Origin: Octopus bimaculoides
Lineage: Eukaryota
NCBI RefSeq assembly: GCF_001194135.2
Contig: NC_068990.1
Location: 6,132,017 to 6,180,636, forward strand
Length of the DNA: 48,620 bases
Reading direction: 5' to 3'
Position numbers and translations under genes: made by a program. Below, one piece after another: positions 24,075 to 35,120 of the stretch. The stretch's first letter is position 1. Every line of letters starts with the position of its first letter. The notes beneath the pieces were generated by a model. That model had not been told where the DNA came from. It saw nothing but the letters and a program-made list of their open reading frames with translations, and made no database searches.

Positions 24075-24430
24075 GAAGCCTCATGGCTTAGTGGTTAGAG
24101 CGTCGGGCTCACAATCATGAGGTAATGAATTCGATTCCCGGACCAGGCTGTGAATTGTGTTCTTGAACAAGATACTCTGTTTCTCGTTGCTCCAGTTCAC
24201 TCAGCTGAAGAAATAAGTTGCGGCGTGATTGGTACCAAGCTGTATCAGCCTTTGCCTTTCCCTTGGATAACATCGGTGGCGTGGAGAGGTGAGGCTGCTA
24301 TGCTGGTCTTCCATTAACAACCTCGGGCTTATGCCTTGGACTTATGCCTTACTCGGGCTTATGCCTTCGAGGGTAACTTTCTAGGTGCAATCCCATCGTC
24401 ATTCATCACCGAAGGAGATTTTTACCCTTT
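24075..24430 (+). mobile_element. SINE family C, near full length
   Basis: TGGCTTAGTGGTTAGAG (A box), AATTCGATTCCC (B box), CORE-like TGTGTTCTTGAACAAGATAC, and a short internal duplication (GGGCTTATGCCTT). Confidence 0.9.
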
Positions 24431-24433
24431 ATA

Positions 24434-25709
24434 TAATAAGGTAGTCAGAATGTTGGATGATTATATATATTTTTTTTACATTTTCAGCGCTTTCTTCGGT
24501 TATCGGATTTATCAAAAAAGTGGTCTATAGTAAGTTTGCTTCGCCTTTTTATATAAAATTGAAACTATGATGTTTTAGAAGGAAAGAGAGGGGGAAGAGG
24601 GGGAAAGAGAGGAACAAACTAGAAAGAAGGAAGGTGCAGGGTGAGAGAGGAGGAGAGAGTGGAAGACAGTGAAGATAGAGAAGAGAAAGAAAGTAGGAGT
24701 CTTTTGGGGAGGTGCGGAGGAAGAGAAAAGAAAGAAGAAGGAGGCGTGGCTTTTCTATCAGTGTGGTCAAACTTGTTTGATTAGGATTCAATATATTGTT
24801 TTCTCCCTTTTTAGTGACCTTTTGGGTTGGAAAGGAAAGGAATATTTTTGTATTCAAGTGGCCAAGGATTTTAATTGGAAGACCAGATGTTGTTTTTGAT
24901 TTTCACCAGTAAGAATTATAAATACCTTTCAAGGTCTTGCATATTTTTATTCTTTTGCATTCATTATTACATTAATGTTTGTATGGATGTAGTCAAACAT
25001 TTTCGATTAAAATGCCAGATGTTTTTAATTTAGCCGTGTAAGGCTATGTTTTTGAAAGAGTGATTTTAAAGTGAGTATATATATTATTTTAAATGCAATC
25101 TGAAAAAAAGTTTAATTGTGGGAAAGTATTTCTCAATTTATAATTTATAACTTATAATTGAGAAACACTTTCCCACACTTAAACATTTTTCAGATTGTAT
25201 TTAAAATCATACCTATACTCACTTTAAAATCACTCAATCAAAAACATAGCCTTATACGACTAAATCAAAAATAACATCTGAAATTTTAATCGAAAATGTT
25301 TGACTACTCGATATAACAATTAATGTAACAACGAATATAAAAGAATTTTTAAAAAGCAAGACCTTAAAATGTACCTATAATTCTTACTGATGAAAATCAA
25401 AAACAACATATGGTCTTCCAATTAAAAACCTTGACCACTTGAATACAAAAAAATTCTTTTACTTTCCCACCCAAAACGTCACTAAAAGGGTAAAAAAAAA
25501 CAACATATTGAATCCTAATCAAACAAGTTTGACCACACTGATACATAAGCCACGCCTCCTTTGCCTCCCCTCCCTCTCAAACTTTTTCTTTCTTTTCCAT
25601 TCCTCCGCAAATCCCCAAACACTCCTACTTTCCTCTTCTCTATCTTCACTATCTCCCACTCTCTCCCACCTGCACCTTCCTTTCTAATTTGCTCCTCTAT
25701 TTCCTCCTC

Positions 25710-25747
<38 letters not shown>

Positions 25748-26075
25748 NNNNNNNNNNNNNNNNNNNNNNNNNNNNNNNNNNNNNNNNNNNNNNNNNNNNN
25801 NNNNNNNNNNNNNNNNNNNNNNNNNNNNNNNNNNNNNNNNNNNNNNNNNNNNNNNNNNNNNNNNNNNNNNNNNNNNNNNNNNNNNNNNNNNNNNNNNNNN
25901 NNNNNNNNNNNNNNNNNNNNNNNNNNNNNNNNNNNNNNNNNNNNNNNNNNNNNNNNNNNNNNNNNNNNNNNNNNNNNNNNNNNNNNNNNNNNNNNNNNNN
26001 NNNNNNNNNNNNNNNNNNNNNNNNTATATATATATATATATATAAAATCATCCAGCATTCTGACTACCTAATTAT
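24434..26075. mobile_element. Foldback (near-palindromic) element, arms ~700 bp, loop ~8 nt at ~25144-25151
   Basis: Arms match as reverse complements from the centre (GGGAAAGTATTTCTCAATT/AATTGAGAAACACTTTCCC) to the outer ends (AGGTAGTCAGAATGTTGGATGATT vs AATCATCCAGCATTCTGACTACCT). The right arm contains the 25748-26024 gap. Confidence 0.9.
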
Positions 26076-26118
26076 TCTCAATATACAATATCTGTCCATC
26101 ACTTCAAAAACTCTCTAC

Positions 26119-26170
<52 letters not shown>

Positions 26171-26861
26171 ATATAAATGTAACTAATACAAGAATATATT
26201 ACGGTACTATATATCCAAATCTATATATAATAATGTATGTACATGATGGGGCGCCAAATTCAAATCAAGACGTGTGGCGAGGTTCTGTGTGTGTCCATAC
26301 TCAAAGCCAGTTTCATTATTGTACATGACAGCGAAGCATTTTATTTCACAAGGTATTCTTCTCATAAATTTAATTTTAGGCGTAAGGTAAAGAAATTTTT
26401 CATATTTTACATAATTGCCCGATATCTTTTTTTCAGCTAAAATCAAATTTATCAAAACATTCACTGAAATATAATAGTCCTTGTATTTCTAAAGTCTATT
26501 TATCAAAATGAATAATGGTAATTATTAATTCTTTGCTCTCTTTTAAATATTTTATTTCAGTTTGATCGTGCTAAAAATTTATTGTATTTAATTCAAATTA
26601 GAACATTCTGTTTCTATTATGAATTTTAAAATGTTTTAAAAATATTTCATTTTCATAAAGTGTGCCAATCGTTAATAATTCAAACATATTATTATGAAAT
26701 ATTGATGTTCTTAAACGAAAGAAATTCTTGATAGAATTATGAAGATATACTTATTCTGAAACTCCGCTTTAGAACTGGTATAAATAAGAGTGTCACCCCA
26801 GAAAGCTTTTCAAGTCCATTCCCACATACCAAAACCTGGCAGCAAACCTATTCATAATGCC

Positions 26862-27013
26862 AATATGCGATTAAGAAGCTTGCTTTGCAGCCACATCGTT
26901 TCGAGTACACTTCCATTCTGTGGTACCTTGGGCAAGTGGCTACTACTATAGCCCCAGGCCGGCCGATGAACTGTGAGTGAATTCGGAAATTGTTTGGAAG
27001 CCCATTGTGTGTT

Positions 27014-27059
<46 letters not shown>

Positions 27060-27590
27060 NNNNNNNNNNNNNNNNNNNNNNNNNNNNNNNNNNNNNNNNN
27101 NNNNNNNNNNNNNNNNNNNNNNNNNNNNNNNNNNNNNNNNNNNNNNNNNNNNNNNNNNNNNNNNNNNNNNNNNNNNNNNNNNNNNNNNNNNNNNNNNNNN
27201 NNNNNNNNNNNNNNNNNNNNNNNNNNNNNNNNNNNNNNNNNNNNNNNNNNNNNNNNNNNNNNNNNNNNNNNNNNNNNNNNNNNNNNNNNNNNNNNNNNNN
27301 NNNNNNNNNNNNNNNNNNNNNNNNNNNNNNNNNNNNNNNNNNNNNNNNNNNNNNNNNNNNNNNNNNNNNNNNNNNNNNNGTGTGTGTGTGTGTGTGTGTG
27401 TGTGTGTGATAGTATTTATTTATGTCCTCCACACCACTGCTTGGTAACTAGTGTTGGCTTGTTTACGTTTCTGTAACTTAGTGATTTCGGCAAAAGAAAC
27501 TGATAGAGCAAGTATCAGACTTTAAAAAGTACCTTTAAAGGTGATGCCCCAATACGGCCGCAGTCTAATGACTGAAAGAAGTAAAAGATA
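26862..27590 (+). mobile_element. SINE family A; its internal (TG)n spans an assembly gap
   Basis: Head TTAAGAAGCTTGCTT..GGTACCTTGGGCAAGTG; tail GGCCGCAGTCTAATGACTGAAAGAAGTAAAAGA. Confidence 0.85.
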
Positions 27591-28009
27591 ATGTCTAAAT
27601 TTATTTTGTATCGCGCTAATGTATTTTTATGGTGCATTATTTAAAGATGCATGTCTTCGGTTGTATTTCGAAAGCGAAAACAGTGGAGATATTCGTGTTA
27701 TTTAGTCAAACTTTCTTGCTACATGTCTCTGTAGTTATAAAGATCACAAAGTACATATAGTATTCTTACATGCTTTTCAGTAAAGGTAAGACCGAGTTAC
27801 ATAAACCTGCCTGGTGTAATTTACGGCTACGATCATAAAATTCTTTACGGTCCGTTTTCTTTATTTTTTTTTTAATGTTAAGTAATATTTTTCTAATAAA
27901 CCTAAGATTCAATCTTTTTCAATCTTGGAAAGAATATCCGGTGACGTATCACCTTCGTAGTCAATTTTAATGTATACTTCTTTTCCTTTCTTTTCTCTCT
28001 GCTGTATAT

Positions 28010-28013
28010 ATAT

Positions 28014-28076
<63 letters not shown>
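28010..28076. repeat. (GATA)n microsatellite
   Basis: Direct inspection; a second (GATA)n lies at ~48527-48599. Confidence 0.97.
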
Positions 28077-28077
<1 letters not shown>

Positions 28078-28247
28078 GGACCAGCAAGAAACTCAGTTTC
28101 TCAATTGCACTTTGATAATGTTAACATGTAATTAATTACATCGGGCCAATGTTTAAGTAATTTGATGATTCAATCTTCACTGAAACACGTGAAAGGACGC
28201 TATAACTAAATAATTTGAGAGCAAATTCTTCAGTCTTGTTCTCTCTT

Positions 28248-28323
<76 letters not shown>

Positions 28324-28384
28324 TCGCTCTCTCTCTCCTTCTGTGTGTCTGTACATACATCCATATATTATTATATTGGTTTCT

Positions 28385-28588
28385 AATTTTGGCACAAGGC
28401 CTACAATTTCAGAGAAGGAAATAAGTTGATTACATCGACCGCAATGTTCAACTGGTGCTAGTTTTATCGACCCCAAAAGGATGAAAAGCAAAATGAACCT
28501 CCGTGGAAATTGATCTGAAAACATAAAGACGGACGGAATACTGCAAAACATTTATTTCAGCGTGTAAACGATTCTGCTAGCTCGCCGT
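28385..28588 (-). mobile_element. SINE family B
   Basis: GGCACAAGGCCT..TTTTATCGACCCCAAAAGGATGAAAAGCAAA..GCTAGCTCGCCG; homologous to 13822-14028. Confidence 0.82.
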
Positions 28589-28680
28589 ATTACATATAGA
28601 TATTATATTAGATGTACAACTGTCTTTTAATTTTATCTTAAAGATAATTTTGAATAGTCATGTATTCAATACAATATATA

Positions 28681-29465
28681 TTAAGGATTTGTAGGTACGT
28701 GGTACATCGTTATGCAAACACAATATACTAAAAGGTATAGTAATTTTTTTTAATAAACCGGTACCACGTTCTGTTGTGTCAGCAGTACTCTATAGCCGGC
28801 ACTGACGTTTCGTATCGAGATGTCAGATGTAAACAGCCAATGTGATCAAACACAAAAGTGAATTTTGAGTGCATATACAATATTTCAGGAGGGGGAGATT
28901 GCCCCTTCTTCAGCACTCATCTAACCCACTATTTCTTCGAACACATTGCTTATATAGCCACTGCATACAGCTGTGTTAAGTTACTGGGTATACCAATTTA
29001 CATGTTAGACGCATTCCTGGGGCTGGTATGCAAACATTAAAGATTTGTAGGTACGTGGTACTTCGCTATGGAATCACAATATACTATAAGATATACTAAT
29101 TGTTTTCATAAATCAGTACCACGTTCTATTGCGTCAGAAGTGCTCTTACATGATTTTGTTAAGGTTATTTCTACAGATATTCTAGAGAACTTATAGGCAG
29201 CACTGATTTTTGCTACAACGTTTCGTATCGGGGATAGTTGCCATTTCTTCAGCGCTCATCTGACCTACTGTTGCCTCCAAACACATTGCTTATATAGCCA
29301 CCGCATACATATATCCAGTAACTTAACACTGCTGTATGGCATATTCACTCATTACCCACTTTTGTCTTCAATCACACTAACTGTTTACATCTGATGTCTC
29401 GATACCAAACGTTGTAGCAAAAATCAATGCTGGCTTTAGGGTCTGTTGAAATAACCGTAACAATA
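28681..29465. repeat. Complex tandem plus inverted duplication
   Basis: 28681-28791 is repeated at 29037-29146, and 28897-28970 at ~29232-29310. Inverted copies of ~28965-28992, ~28810-28880 and ~29155-29225 lie at ~29311-29465. Confidence 0.85.
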
Positions 29466-31619
29466 TATATATATATATATAGTGGTTACGTCCCTTTTAG
29501 CCAAATTGAATCTACCAGTAGTGCTACTTTATTTTAATACGAAGGAAAAGTTATCCTCGGTTGGATTTGAACTCAGTATATAAAAGGCCATAACTAAATA
29601 ACTCAAAACAATTTGCCCGATGTTCTAACAACCCTTCTCAATAGTAATTCGTTGTTATTTATCGCCAAGTGAACAACATCAAGACAGGCATCTCATAAAA
29701 GACATCAAACCGTGACCATCTCATCTGTGTAGTATGTACAAAGTTTCCTGCAGTACATTATATTAGATACACGTTTCTTTCATTTCTAAGACGGTAAATT
29801 ATGATGGTTTGAGCAAGACTTGACTACCACTGCTAGCAAAGCTAGAACCTCTCAGAGGCTTTATTTTTGTCTCGTTTATGGTTAGCTGTAATGCGTGAAA
29901 TAATCTGCTTCTTCATTGTTCTAATAACGTGTATTCACGACGCGTATATTTCATACATAAAATACTTTATTGATGGTTTGTTTGCTATTACAAAACTGTT
30001 TTTTGCCTTTATGATTTTCAATCTGTTTCTGAATTGTTGTATAATTTGATCTACTAATTTATTTGAACGTTCGTTATTAAATAATGTTTTGTTTATCCTA
30101 TTAATTCTTTATGTAAAGCTGCTTTTTGTGGAAGTGAATCTGAAGGCTTTCTGAATAGAATTTTTATAAGAGATTGCATATATGCATGCGGACATTCGAT
30201 GTTTCTATGCACGTATAAGTAATTTGTGAATATACTGATTCAATATATTTATATTAACCACTATGGTTAACAATACATGCTAAATTTACCTATTTATGCT
30301 GGAGATTAAAATGGATTTTTTTTTAAAAAGCTAGTTATTTCCCTAATACATTTTATTAAAAATATTTGCAACTCTATGCATTCACCACAATAAAGATATA
30401 TTTTCTATGCCCTAGCGTTTGCTACGGGATTGCATTTATATTAGGACAGAACTTGCATTTTTATGCTAACCATGTAATAAAGATACAGATATTGCTGTGT
30501 GTTTAAGAAAAGAAAATACTTGGTTTCGAGTTCGGTCCCAAACACGGCCCTTTCGGTTTCAAATGTAGTCTTGTGAGTAGAACATGGTAGGCGGAAACTG
30601 TGCAGGAACCCGTTCTTCATATGTGTGTGTATCTATATTTTTTCCCCTACCGATGCAAACCGTTTGAGTTGCGTCCTTTTATGCAAATTTGAAAATCGAT
30701 AAAATAAACCAGATTGGAAGCTTGTACTGAGATCGATATCATCGACTAAAATTATGATACCCCATCTTAGCCGAAGTCCAGGAACTAAACCAAAGCAAAA
30801 GCTGGAGTGGAGAATCCCCTGAACATATATTCTGATTCTGAAAATATAAATGAAAGGATCACGAAACTTTGAAAGCTCAAGGAACATTCGAGCATGGTTA
30901 CTTCAAATACAAAATAAGACGAGAAAAGGTGTCTTGAAAGAAATTAATATAGTCATCGATTAATAAGCTACACCCACGTGCATGCACACACACATACACA
31001 CACACATGCATACGTACACACACACATGCGTATGCACACGTGCGCACATACGCATACACGTGCGCGCACACCACAAAGACACTCTGAAGATTTAATTAAG
31101 CATTGAATGAAACGACCTGTCGATGCCTTTCTTTTGAAACTGTTCGCAAATGTATCGACCGAAGCCAGTGTCTCTTCTTTGAATCCTTGCTGTATTTTTC
31201 ACGTCACGTGATCTGTAGCGATGATCATTAATTAAGTGGGGTTTTTTTTCTGTTCTTGACATCTGGTAAGTTCTTTGACTACTAAACGTTGGTCATTCTT
31301 TGGCCCTCGTCACTCAATTGTGATTTTGTAGGTTTGGTAAATGATCTATCACTGCGAGTGTTAAATTCCGGTTCGCCTATTTGTTTTTGTTGTTATTGTG
31401 CTGGTTCTTGTTCTTGTCGTCGTCGCTGTTTCTGTTGCTGTTGTTGTTAGCCACAGGTATGCCCTAATTGAGTTCCATCCATGACTATCTCATCTTATTT
31501 TAAAACACTATAGTAAAAGCTATATTGTCCTTCCTTGCTTAAAACGTTAGGTTTCATTTGAAGGATAATTCGCTGTTATTTCTAGTAGGTTGAGCAACCA
31601 CTCGGAGGATTCACACTCT

Positions 31620-31985
31620 TCACGAAGGGTATCACATCTCTTTAGACAGCACTTGTTTTTTAAACAACATGTATTCAGAATCCAACTCATTGTTTGTTGA
31701 GTGTTTTGCTTCTCTAATATCGAAATTTTGTAACTGATTATTTCATGTATATGTTACTGTTGCTTTTCTCATTGAGTTTTCAGAAGTATTTGAATAAAGC
31801 CATTATGTTCAGCTTGTTTGATTTGTGAAAGCTGCTGACATATTGTAACGGTTTTTTAATAGGCCTTTCATAAATCCAATATAGCTGACCAATTTGTCGC
31901 TGTTTGCTGTTACTATAGCACGAGATATAATGTCACCATACCAATCTCTTAACATTCACCATGGAATGGACTGTTGCTTAGAATG
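31620..31985 (-). mobile_element. Highly decayed PLE GIY-YIG remnant of a second type
   Basis: Three frames give SPFHGEC* / DIISRAIVTANSDKLVSYIGFMKGLLKNRYN..AF / ALFKYF*KLNEKSNSNIYMK*, fitting CPL.G.CL..IVY.A.V..YIG.T...FK.RY.NH..SF..T.LSKYIW.LK....I.W. The last two stops fall at the Trp positions. Confidence 0.65.
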
Positions 31986-32189
31986 TTTTAAGTGTATTTG
32001 GTATCAAGATCGCTTACATTGCTAATTATAGTTGCAGCTTATCAATTTTTTTCCTTCTTCCTCTCAAATAATACTAATCAACAAAATGTAAATATAATTT
32101 TTTTTTAATAAAAGAATATGAAAATTAAAACAGTAAAACATGAAATTGAGAATAAGGAGAAAGCAATATTTAAAATATTGCCTAAATAA

Positions 32190-32402
32190 TTCTTTCTACT
32201 AAAAGCACAAGGCCTGAAATTTTGTTGGGAGGAGGCCAGTCGAATATATTGACTCCAATACTCAACTGGTACTTATTTTATCTACCTTGATAGGATGGAT
32301 AGTAAAGTCGACCTCGGTAGCATTTGAACGCAGAACCTGAAGAGCCGGAAGAAATGCTAGGAAGTATTTTGTCTAGCGCGGTAACGATTCTTCCAGCTCG
32401 GA
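32190..32402 (-). mobile_element. SINE family B
   Basis: TCTTTCTACTAAAAGCACAAGGCCTGAAATTTT..GGTACTTATTTTA..GTCGACCTCGG..CCAGCTCG. Another copy lies at ~33245-33465. Confidence 0.85.
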
Positions 32403-32889
32403 TATTCTGGAAAAAAACGTTCTCTGGGGTAGCCCTTTTCCTGACTTGCTTGCATCATCAGGTTGACGAACGATCTCTGGTGTACTTTCTTAAGCAAAAC
32501 TATGTATTTGTTGCTTGAATTTTCCTGGGAGAATACAAAAGTGCCTTTTTTTATTTATTTTCGTTTCTTATTGTTTTGTTTATGTTTTGTGGGGGATTGG
32601 AGGGGAGAGGAATGTTTTTTTTATTATTTTGTTCTGCTTTTATAAAACATTTTATTTGAGAAAGTAAGAGTTTGTGGAAGACATGGAGGGAAAAACAGAC
32701 TCTAGTCCGCGACTGATACTTTGTTTATCAACCTTGAAACTTTGAGGAACAGAGTTAATCTCGGCGAGATTTGAATTCGGAGAGCTGAAAAATTACCGAA
32801 AGGTATACTACCCACCACTCTAACGACTCAACCAATTTTCCGCTTTCCTTCTGAGGAGAAGTCATTGAAAAATAATGGGGAAAAAAAGT

Positions 32890-33235
32890 AATCGGAGGGG
32901 CGATGCATATCCTGCGCGCGCACTCAAAGATATAATAAAATCTAATTTAATAAATATATTCTCAAATTCATATTTCAGCAAAATTACATAATGAGTTACT
33001 TATCGTCTATGCTTATCGTCTATGAATATGTAACAAAGAAAAAAATAATTTGATTTACCCGTCTGCCTGTTTTGAATATAATCAAACCAAAATAATGAGT
33101 TCGAACCACTCACCCAATGAGTATTTCTGCTAAATTTGGGTGAAAATCCGTTCAGCCGTTTTCCAGTAATTTTGCAAACACACAGACTAAGACAAGCGAC
33201 TACAATACCCTGCTTTCGCTTATGCGCGCAGGGTT
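32890..33235 (+). mobile_element. Helentron-associated (HINE/DINE-like) non-autonomous element
   Basis: 5' ATCCTGCGCGC (32909-32919) is inverted relative to GCGCGCAGGGT (33224-33234). 3' stem-loop ACCCTGC..GCAGGGT (33207-33234), preceded by GAAAATCCGTTCAGCCGTTTT and a CAGAC/AAAC tract. Confidence 0.55.
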
Positions 33236-34267
33236 ATAATAATAATTGCTTCTAATTTAGATACAAGGTCGGTAGTTCTGTTGGAAGGAGATTAGTAAAG
33301 TACGTCGACCTCAATACTTGGCTAGTACTTCATTTTTTATCGTCATGGAAGAATGAAAGGCAAAGTTTACTTTGGTGGAATTTGAACTCAGATTGCAGAT
33401 AGCTGGAACAAGTAACCAAAAACATTCTATCTGACACTTTAATCCTGTAATCACTCTGCTGCTTTGCCGTCTTCAACCTCGAGCGAAGACATTTTAATAA
33501 TAATAATAATAATAATTTTTTTTAAATAGTCAATTTCGATTATCCGCCTTGAATGTGGCCAAGGAAGAAATAGGTATTAGGACATTCAAATAACTTCTCC
33601 AGTGAGATTAACAACGTAAATGAAGTGGAATAACCACAAGCATGAGTGCAGTATAGCAATGCGGGAACATGGGTCACTGAATCAGCTTGCGAAATAGTTA
33701 CATTTTACTGATCGAAATTCGCCACACGTTCATTAATTTATTCATTCATTCATTTTTACTACATTAAATTCTTTCCTAGTTCTAATAACAAATCTCTCTG
33801 CTTGCTTTAACAAAGCTGTAATTCATTGCAATAACGTATTTCTTTTCACTTTCGGTTATCTCGATTTATATATAACTAATTTTCGCAACAATTACTTTGT
33901 AAGACATGTGATAATTATCTTTTAGATAATATATATGTATATGAGATGTCATGCAACTTATCCATAAGTAATGTATTTTTAAATACCACCTATGTGTTGC
34001 CATTGACGGAGGACAGCATTAACATAAGAATGTCTTGTGCATCTATGACAGAAAAATGTTGTCCGTACAATGGAACAAGTACATCATATGTGTGAATACG
34101 TGTGCATGCGTGTATGTGTATATGCATGTGTTTATGTATATGAATGTCCGTATAAATGTATATTTACATGTGTGTTTATGTACCAGTGTATATGTATATA
34201 TGCATGTATGAGTGTATTCATGTGTATATATTCACAGATGCATTCGTGTATGGATATATATATATAT

Positions 34268-34475
34268 ATATTTCGTTTTGGGATTTGGTTTGCAAGATTC
34301 TTTATGTGATTTCGTGTGTTGAAGCATATTCTGTTGTGTCTGGGGAGAGTCATTTTCTTTTTGTGTCTTATAATTTAACACATTCACCGGTAAAATTTCC
34401 ACTTATTTCTTATTTTTATTTTCCTAAAATTTTCGTTGCGTCTTGCAACCTTTTCAATAGTCTTCACTCTGTCCG
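34268..34475 (-). mobile_element. Putative PLE 5' end: ribozyme-bearing leader plus ORF start (MTLPRHNRICFNTRNHIKNLANQIPKRN), truncated at (TA)n
   Basis: Hammerhead-like motif ~70 nt upstream of ATG 34353; leader-then-ORF order is typical of PLE pseudo-LTRs. Confidence 0.6.
34424..34460 (-). ncRNA. Candidate minimal type I hammerhead ribozyme with U3:A8 core variant
   Basis: CUA-UUGAAAA-G-GUUGC/AAGAC/GCAAC-GAA-AAUU-U|UAG: 3-bp stem I (CUA/UAG), perfect 5-bp stem II, palindromic AAUU stem III. Confidence 0.6.
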
Positions 34476-34499
34476 TTATTTACGCTGCGTTCTGTTTTT

Positions 34500-34957
34500 G
34501 CTTTTTTTTCTTTGCGCATGCGTGTGTCTCAGTGTGTGTGTATGTATGCATGCATGTGTGTGTGCATGTGTGTGTATGTATGTCTGTGTGTGTGTGCATA
34601 TGTATATATGTATGTATGTGTGTGTGTGTATATATGTATGTATGTGTGTGTTTGCATGTATGTATGTATGTATTCTGCATTTGTGTGTTTTTTTGTTTCT
34701 TTTTTTATGTATGTGTGTATATGTATGTATGTACCTCTGTCTCCTTGTGTGTGCATGTCTGAGTGCGTGTGTGTGTTTTGCTGCCATGCACCATGTTTGT
34801 ATGTATGGGTGCACATCTTCATATGTGTGGACAAGTGTGTGTATATGTGGCCATGTGTTTCAGTTTCTATTTGTGTATGTGGTTGTCTGTTCATATACCC
34901 TATGTACCTACCCGTCTGTATGTAGACCTGTTGGTTTACATATACATACATGTGCAT

Positions 34958-35004
<47 letters not shown>

Positions 35005-35010
35005 GACATA
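34500..35010. repeat. Degenerate (TG)/(TATG)/(CA) low-complexity region
   Basis: Direct inspection; explains the stacked C/V/Y/M and H/T ORFs. Confidence 0.93.
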
Positions 35011-35120
35011 CATACATCTATCTGCATAAAAGCCCATCAATTGTTCTACTTTACCTGTGTAAAATGTGGGTATGGGGGTATGATATCTATGTATATTTCC
35101 TATTTAATATTGGGGAAGTT

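Noticed and set aside
24075-24145. tRNA-like sequence
   Set aside because: SINE head with A/B boxes but no intact cloverleaf; no true tRNA or rRNA gene was seen in the window.
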